DNA of 62,988 nt, the filler included, from Platydemus manokwari (taxonomy: Eukaryota), in assembly GCA_037951405.1 (NCBI GenBank). It is 6 parts of 6 records of this genome, joined end to end, with 100 filler letters (N's around TTAATTAATTAA, not from the genome) between each part and the next. Parts side by side here need not be neighbours in the genome. Positions count along the whole stretch, not along the records: positions 49,968 to 62,988 come from JBBMOY011875831.1; 5 more parts are not named here. One strand, 5' to 3'. A program made the position numbers and the translations under genes. The notes beneath the pieces were generated by a model. The model did not search any database. It was not told the DNA's origin and saw nothing but the letters and a program-made list of their open reading frames with translations. Shown piece by piece: positions 55,031-62,988 of the stretch (positions within the stretch are counted from its first letter, which is position 1; every line of letters starts with the position of its first letter).

Positions 55031-56794
55031 CTACAATTATCGATGATTATCATTGGTTAGTATAAAACTTTATAATCATACCTGATAATATACTTCATTA
55101 ATAAAATGATAATTATCAGAAAACAAAGAATCTTTTAATGTTTTATCACTTAATATAATTAGAATTTGATATAGGATAGATGATTTCAGAGTAGACGTTG
55201 CCATTGTGCCTTTGGGCTAATTAAATTCAAAGATAGCATCGAAATAAACTTAATAATCGTGGACAATAGGAAGAATTATACTTCAAGAAACTGTACCACT
55301 TTTGAGGCAGACATAAATTTATGATAATGAATATTATGATCTATTAGAATATAAATTTTGAGGAATTATAAAGTGGTCATTTCAACAGAAATAGTTCAAG
55401 GATAAAACGATTTTATTGTATTTGCTAACAACAACAACAATAATTCTCAACCTCTCTATCACTGGCCACCTGACCCAGTGTTCATATTATGGTTTCATGT
55501 AATTGTATTCATCATTGGTATCAATTAGTCATATCAATCTTTTCATTTTATTGGATAGCAGTTTCTATTTCTTTCTAATATCATTGAAAGTCCCCACTTG
55601 TATCGAGAGAAGCCGATTATGATTTGTCCTTTCAATAAGTTTAAGCATTAAACTTCTTACAATCCAATTTCTATTGTATTTTGAATGGTCTGATATTTAT
55701 ACGACCATTTTTATTTCACTTCTTTCTTCACAATCAGAAACAATCTCAAGAAGAAGTTTTATTTTTAAATCTTAAGAACTATTCTAGGAAATAATATTAC
55801 AGTTATTCGATTCGTCATGTAAATGAACGTATTTATTGAGTTTCTTATTTCGAATATAGATTCCTAAATTATCGGATTTTAGAAAACGTAAATACAAGCT
55901 CTTTCTAGGTCTAAAAGGAAAACTAATAATCTAATGATAGTCGTCTTGGTGAATCCATTTTAATTCTTACGTAATAATTGACTTGCCGCAAAAATAAATC
56001 ATTCTATAAAAACCTTACATTGAATGATTCCATAGAGAAGAAATTAACATTTATATTTAAGGCACATTTCTACAGGCAGAGAAAAACGAGTCCAAATGAA
56101 TTGAGTTCAGAACTAATTGAGTTCAATACTAATAAAACAAATAATTCTGAAAAATGAATTCATTAAAATATTCTTATTATCGATTTCGTGGATGTTTTAA
56201 TCGGGAGTCTTTTAAATAGCGAAATGAATGGAAAAATCAACATTTCCGAAGTACCGATTTTTCGGATGACTTTACTTTCGAAGTTTATTAGAAACGTCGA
56301 TGAAAGAGCAAAAAACAAAAAATAATTTCATTCCTACTAATATGGTTAATCAATTCCATCAGATATTCGAAATTTCCGCATGCAACAATCCCACGCAAAG
56401 AATTATCATTGGCAAAAATACGACATCAGAATTTCAGGATGTTCAATCGAAAAATTGCTAATCCATGAAAATAAGAAAAAAATATATATAGTTCATCATT
56501 ATTTGATTGTTTCTCTATTTTCTCTTGAAATTTAACAAAGCAAAAAGAGTTTCTTTGGCAGTGATTTATGAAATTATTGATTTAATTGATTTAAATGTAT
56601 TTATTTATGTGAAAAAATGGCTAATTGCATTTAAGATGCACATAAAACTCTCCAAAAGAATTTTCGTGAAAAATCCAAGAAATATTTTCAAAAAATTAAA
56701 AATTTTAAATAATAATTATTTAGTTTGGTTAAAAATAATATTGATTTTGTTTTTATAATAATAATAATAAAAAAATTATTATATGATAATAGTG

Positions 56795-56831
<37 letters not shown>

Positions 56832-59800
56832 TAATAATAATGTTAGTCACGGTAATGATAATAATAAATCGATATTAATATATCGAAAGAAAAACTCTGC
56901 TTAGTATGAAAAGTACATTTTAATCCTGATTTATTCTTGATAGTAATCGATATTGAAAAGATACAAAAAGTGCACCCGTTAAAGTATTGAGTGAACTACA
57001 CTAAATCAGACAAGAATAAATAAATTCCGAAATCGTTAAAATTGTAAAAAGTTTAGAAATCGAAATGTGTTCTTGTAAATGCCACCATTCGAGATATCGA
57101 TCTCAATAGTGATAGCAAAATTGATAGCAATATCATTGTAGATATTTATTGAAATTATTATCCCATTTTTACATTCCCACAATTGCCGTGTAATGCGGCA
57201 CAACTTGCGCGATTGATGAATTGCAATATTATTTCATTAGTTTGTCAGCTTTGTAAACAATTTCAATCCTATTAAGTTGTTTATATAATCGATTATTCAA
57301 CTCTTATTGATCCCATTAGGAAATCCGGTGACTATTAAATGGAATGTAAGAAATTTTGTTTGTAATACTGCACACCAGGGGTGTGTTTACCTGCTGTGTG
57401 CATGGCTAACATTGACTGAGATCGGGTGTATTGTTTTATTCATCAGCAACCAAATTGAACTGGGCAGAGAAGAGACAAAATTCCAATCTCGATATCTCCT
57501 CCCCTTAAACCCAAAAAACTCTGCAAATTATTCCATTTTTTGGTTCTTGTGTAACTCAATTATTGATCTTTTCTGATTTGTCTATCATTTCTGTCCAGCT
57601 CAAATTCCGTATTAGATTTGAGAAAAAATTCTCGCATCGTGGCGATCTAAAATCAGCCAATGATTTATTAATTATATGGGATATTTTACTGAATCGGTCA
57701 ACTTGTTTAAGCGCCTATATCAACCAAAAATACACATACTAGCGTAAATAGTTGGAATATACATTGATTATTTATTAGTTCCAACAAATATTGATTAAAT
57801 TGCCCAAGTTGGCATTCAGTTCTCGGTTGATGACAATTCCCATCGATTTGATTGGTGGATTAATATTAGTTGGTCATCAAATAATTGGTCGAAAAACATG
57901 TGATGCCAGAAAATTGTTTTCAACTGTCTATTGCTATTGCCAACAATTTCTCACCATATTATCGCCGTTCAAAATTCTAGCCCTGTCTGTACCTAGGGCG
58001 AGCTCAACGCACTGATACGTGGTTGGTGACTGTCAATATATCACAGTTATTTGTGATTCTTTCCAATGTTTATCTATTTTGTACACAATTATACCACTTA
58101 TCCAATATTATTGATTTGTCCTTACAATCTGTAAGTACGACTGTCCTTGTAAGGAGTTCCCAATAATATTTCTGTTAATTTTATTATTGGTTTTATTAAT
58201 AGATTCAATATAACATTTCTTGTCCACAATTATCATTGATTATCGGGTATATCGATTGAATGAAATATCGATTAAAATATTAATTGCATCACAAATAATT
58301 CTCTTGTTACACTGTATTGATAAGCGACAACTCTTCAAACACAACCAACATTTCCAACATAGAAACGACAAAATTACGTCGATATTTTATATATGAGAAA
58401 TAATTCCATTGGATTTATTATTGATTTATATTCATTTATGTATAAAAATTTATCAATGATTATATTCAACAAAATTTTTTGATATTCCTAAAGTACTTTC
58501 CAATTTGCCATGAGGTCATGATGAAGACACAGGAATTTATTAGAAATTCTATTATTTCCATAGCAACACACGTTATCATTGATTATGATGGATTATACGA
58601 TTCGATAATTACTAATCTTCAATCAATGATAACAAGCATTTCGCAGAGAAAATGTGAAATATTTTTTGCGAAATCAAATGATATTTATTTCGTTGCAATA
58701 TATTGATTGATTTCATCTGTAACCATGGTGATTTCGTAATTTATACAAACGGATAATTCTAATAATTGACAAACGTGCTTCCCGTGTAGCAGATCGATAA
58801 TGATAATCATGGAATTTTATACCCCACATACACCAGAATGAAGGATAAAGGATGAAGATTAGATTCCAAATGACAATATAAACAATATTATAATGAATTA
58901 TAAGCTTTCTGGAACAAGATTAGTGGTGATATTTATCATTTATCGTAACCTTGACAACAATATTATTATTAATAATAATAATCACAGGCATGTTATTTTT
59001 TAAAAAATTTCAAAGCGGCTTGATGAGATTAAAATCGATTTCAAGTAGTTCAATTTTCGGAAACGTTTGTCACTAATGTCTGATTATGTAATCCATTATT
59101 CAATAAACCTTCAAATCCCACATAGTTACACCACCCAATAATTATTACTATTAATCGATAAAAAGAATGTTTGGACTCTATTAAAACAAATATTCTTAAT
59201 AAGGATGTTAATATCAAAATAATCAATAATATAATCAATCATTTGATCTTTCATATTATAAACAAAATCAATTTACAAATAATGATATCGATTTCCACAA
59301 ATCTATTTGCAGAACTGCCGCCAAACGTGTTCCATAAAAAAAACCAATTAAATCTTTAACAAAAATCATTACAAAGTGAAACAAATTATTTTCGATGAAA
59401 ATGAAATCAGAACGATGCAATATTGTGACACAAAAATTGCTTGTTTGCAGAAATTTCTAATGCAGCACAACAGCAAAGGTGAAAACTAATAGAAAATTTA
59501 AATAATTGAGAGCTCTCAATGTATGAACTGCATTTTATATTTCTAAACTGCTGGCACATCGACACGCACACACATATTTGTTAAGTGCACGCACACACAC
59601 ATGCATAAACATCCCTACATTTTTCTGCAATAACAAAGAAATTACATTCTTGAAATCAACCAATAGAATTCGTTCACTTTTTATTATTAATGTATAATTA
59701 AAACTTATAATTATTACATTGTATTATGGCATAACTAATTGGTGATTGGTTGCGATAGATTAGTGAAAGATTGAAAACGATATTAACATAAGAATTTGTA

Positions 59801-59861
59801 TTTTTTATATCGACCCAGTGTCCATGTAACGATGCTGATATCGATGTATTTCATGAAACGA

Positions 59862-59863
<2 letters not shown>

Positions 59864-59917
<54 letters not shown>

Positions 59918-59920
59918 AAT
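59864..59920. repeat. (TTA)n microsatellite
   Basis: Direct reading. Confidence 0.95.
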
Positions 59921-59956
59921 AGATATCGATTTATATAAATATTGATTAATATTAAC

Positions 59957-60445
59957 CTCCTCCTCTCTCCAAATACATCGACTGCTTCAAATAAAATATC
60001 CAATTTTCGGCATCTTTCTTTTCCGAACTCGATAGCAAGTATTTCCCATGTCCCTCATTGATGCATTCTTTTCCCTTTTCTGATCGATACCCAAGTCACA
60101 AAATCGTAGAAATGAAAACTACCCAAAAAATTACCCGGTAAAATATAAAAGATAAATTCTGAGCTTGCTCTGTCCTCTTCCAATTCGGACAATTCCAAAT
60201 TTTTCAAATTAATCTGCCCCTTCAAAACACTTCTCGACTGATTGGTGAAATAATAAAGTACGTTCTGGACTAGAATAAAGTATCGTCTTTTCGAGGTTTT
60301 GAATTTTCCACCTTGTTTTTTGAGCCAGTTTTGGTAAATAAAATCCTTTTCCTTAAAATCAAACTAAGCGAAAGTCGTTTTGTAATACATTTTATATTGA
60401 TTTACAATTTACTTGTGTCTTTCTCGTTGGAACAGTTCGCCTCAT
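59957..60445 (-). CDS. PH domain resembling ARHGAP22/24/25. Exons 60445-60413, 60363-60135, 60079-59957; 3' continuation unresolved
   Basis: WLKKQGGKFKTSKRRYFIL..NVLYYF…KGQINL…YLLSSSEKKDAENWIFYLKQSMYLERGG; 49- and 55-nt GT-AG introns in phase. Confidence 0.82.
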
Positions 60446-61949
60446 AATCGTATCTGGTGAAACATAAATTAAATTTCAATTAATTGAAAAAATCTTTTCA
60501 AATTGTGCGATTTTTAAAGTAATTTACTATTTAATTTACTATTGCAGTTAAACAAGGGAAATTATTGCAAGTAAATCGACTTTGTATTATTTAATTAAAA
60601 GCTTTGAAACAAAATTAGACAAAATTAGATAGAAAAATGATATAGATTTAATCCGATTAATTCTTCAGTGATTAATTTTATATTTTCTAGGAAAAATTAA
60701 TTTTATTTGATTTTTTATTTGTCTGTCGAAGTATCGAATAGTTCTTAATAAAATACAGCCAATATGATCTGACAGGGTTATTGTAAATTTGTAAAAGTTA
60801 TTATGCGTTGAGATGTGAAATCTTATATAAAACTGTCTTTAAAACATTGTTTTCATTTCATTTAAATTTATATAACCCTTTAAACGAGTCTCGATAGCAA
60901 TGAAAAGTCGCTGACATGAGCTGGAATTTTCCAATTCAAGTTCGATAAACACAGTAAGCCGTTAGGAATTATTGATTTTATCCAGTTTATACATAGCCTC
61001 TGCTGAAACTTTTTTATGGCTGAGTTTTATTTTTAACCTTCGATTTTTATCTGCTTTGATTAATTTTAATCTGATTTGTTACTTGTTAGAAATTTGATGA
61101 TAAATGTTATAAGTGGAATTATTTTTTTTTAATTTTATCTCTTTCCCCACTGTTCCTTGCTGCAAGAATTTAACGCTTTTTATATTTGCTTAATTATCTT
61201 GGATAACGCGAAAATTTTCAAAGTTCATTATGGGAATTTCGCGATAAACCTCATGCCTAAAATACATAAAACAAATGCCAAACATAAACATCAAAATGTA
61301 AATAAATGATTATCACTATAAATATTTATTAACAAAGCAAGTACCAAGGAACTGTAGGTCACAGAGTGATCTACGTTTTATAGCTAGAATTTTTTATTGC
61401 CAATCGATTTATAAGCCTCTGGGTTTTTGCATTGGTGGGTATATTTTGAAGGAATGAACTTCGGTTATTTTCTGTTTGACACAACGGTCTGTCATATCAC
61501 CTTTAGTCAAGAAAAAACGACTTTTACTGTTTGGTAATAACATGAAATAAACAATAGATGTGGATTGTGTTGTCGCTGTGTTTTGGGTGTTAGATAGAAT
61601 TTAGAGTTCGATTAAAATTAAATGTATTTTGGTTTGATATGTGGAATTTGAATATGATGTAAAGTGGCATGAAGTAAGAAAATATTAGGCTGAACAAAGA
61701 CTGAATGATAGTGTTTCGTGTGACAATAGCCTTTAAGATTATTAAAATAGTTCAATGACAAGCATTTGAGAATAATTTAAGAGAAAATGTTAAATCTGCT
61801 GGTTAAGCAGCAATTTTTCCATTTATATTTTTTCTTTGCTATTAAAAATACCAATTTACTAATTTTTTATTATGCTTGGAAATGGTTATAATGTTGCATC
61901 TTGTGTCTATATCGATCTTTATTATATTTCTACAATTACTATTCTCGGC

Positions 61950-62640
61950 ACCTTTGAGCAACATCTTATCTAAAGACCTATGAGTTACAATTTACCAAAT
62001 ATAATTGTGTTTTTTGACTCGATCAACTCTAATCGACGTACGGAGACAAGATTATTGACTCGACACTGCTTATTATCTATTATCAAACTTTTAATTCCAA
62101 ACTCTCTCGATTACACCTTCCCAAAAAGCAATCGATAATTTTTGAGATGATTTTATTTACTGAAACAATGCGAGAACATGTGGCACCTACCAATTGTAAT
62201 ATTAAAACCCTATTGTGTTCACAGTACACTTTTATTGTCATCACAAAATTACAAACGTGCACCAATTATTAATATATTGGTTCAAAATACTTTATACACA
62301 TAAAGAGACAGAATTTTCAACACAATTCTGGAATACCTATGGTTAATAAACTCCCTAGAGGAGTAAAGCCAGATGTTTATGGAAATTGAGATCAAGCTCG
62401 ATAACTAGGAAGAATGTGCGATTGACAATGTAAATAATTGATGATTCTGCACTTAATAAAACTTGCTTAATCTTCACATGGCGCCGAGTTTTCCAGTACG
62501 TGTATTGAGCATATTCAGAATGCGATTGATCTTCTCTCCTCCGCTGGATCACCATCTTGGTGTTATGTATTATCACGCTTCTATATTGTAAACAATTGTG
62601 CACACAATAATTAAGGCCATTGCCATTTAAAAGGGCAACG
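61950..62640 (-). mobile_element. possible decayed BEL/Pao pol (integrase region)
   Basis: Scattered peptides LLPLGSLLT, LNQY and IIGARL across frames; weak. Confidence 0.35.
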
Positions 62641-62913
62641 ATAAATCACTCGTAGAATTTCTCTACGATAATTATTTAATGCTATGCACATGGGTTTAAT
62701 TTACTGAAATTTACTGTGACAGAGATAAATTCTCTGAAACTAATTTTATTATACAGATAACAAAATTTTGTTATTCAATTTAATGCATGGCTATTTTATT
62801 TTGTTTGATTGTTTTATCTACTGTGCACGACAATGGGTGACAATTCATGTTTTTCGCTATGGTAAACAACAGGTTATTTGTTTTTGTTATTATTAGTATT
62901 ACTGTTATGATCC

Positions 62914-62914
<1 letters not shown>

Positions 62915-62988
<74 letters not shown>
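62915..62988. repeat. (TTA)n microsatellite at the contig end
   Basis: Direct reading. Confidence 0.95.

Noticed and set aside
56276-56331. Signal-peptide first exon for the FN3 gene (MKLFFVF…)
   Set aside because: As written it ends in phase 2 and does not join the phase-1 FN3 exon; it would need a 1-nt homopolymer error

Overview
This is eukaryotic (animal) DNA and not one locus. Six contigs are joined by artificial 100-nt spacers (N44-TTAATTAATTAA-N44) at 10041-10140, 18945-19044, 31369-31468, 40184-40283 and 49868-49967. Contig 1 holds the 3' part of a RICTOR gene with hAT MITEs and a Helitron scrap. Contig 2 is accessory-like: an RLE-type non-LTR RT fused to a Gypsy integrase, a ~126-bp hairpin, an orphan gene with a CCAAT/TATA promoter and an apparent AT-AG intron, an intronless atypical PIM-like kinase, and local duplications. 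Contig 3 is less AT-rich and dense in mariner, RTE LINEs and tRNA-SINEs around two ZDHHC palmitoyltransferase exons; it may come from a different organism. Contig 4 holds the 3' part of PGM2. Contig 5 has a complete 3-exon secreted rapunzel-like gene with a pogo-associated duplicated splice acceptor, plus a decayed Gypsy element. Contig 6 has PH-domain exons and FN3 exons on the minus strand. The best novelty candidates are the contig-2 hairpin/orphan/kinase cluster, the secreted rapunzel-like gene, and a possible PH-FN3 arrangement. All homology calls come from motif recognition by eye; no searches were run.
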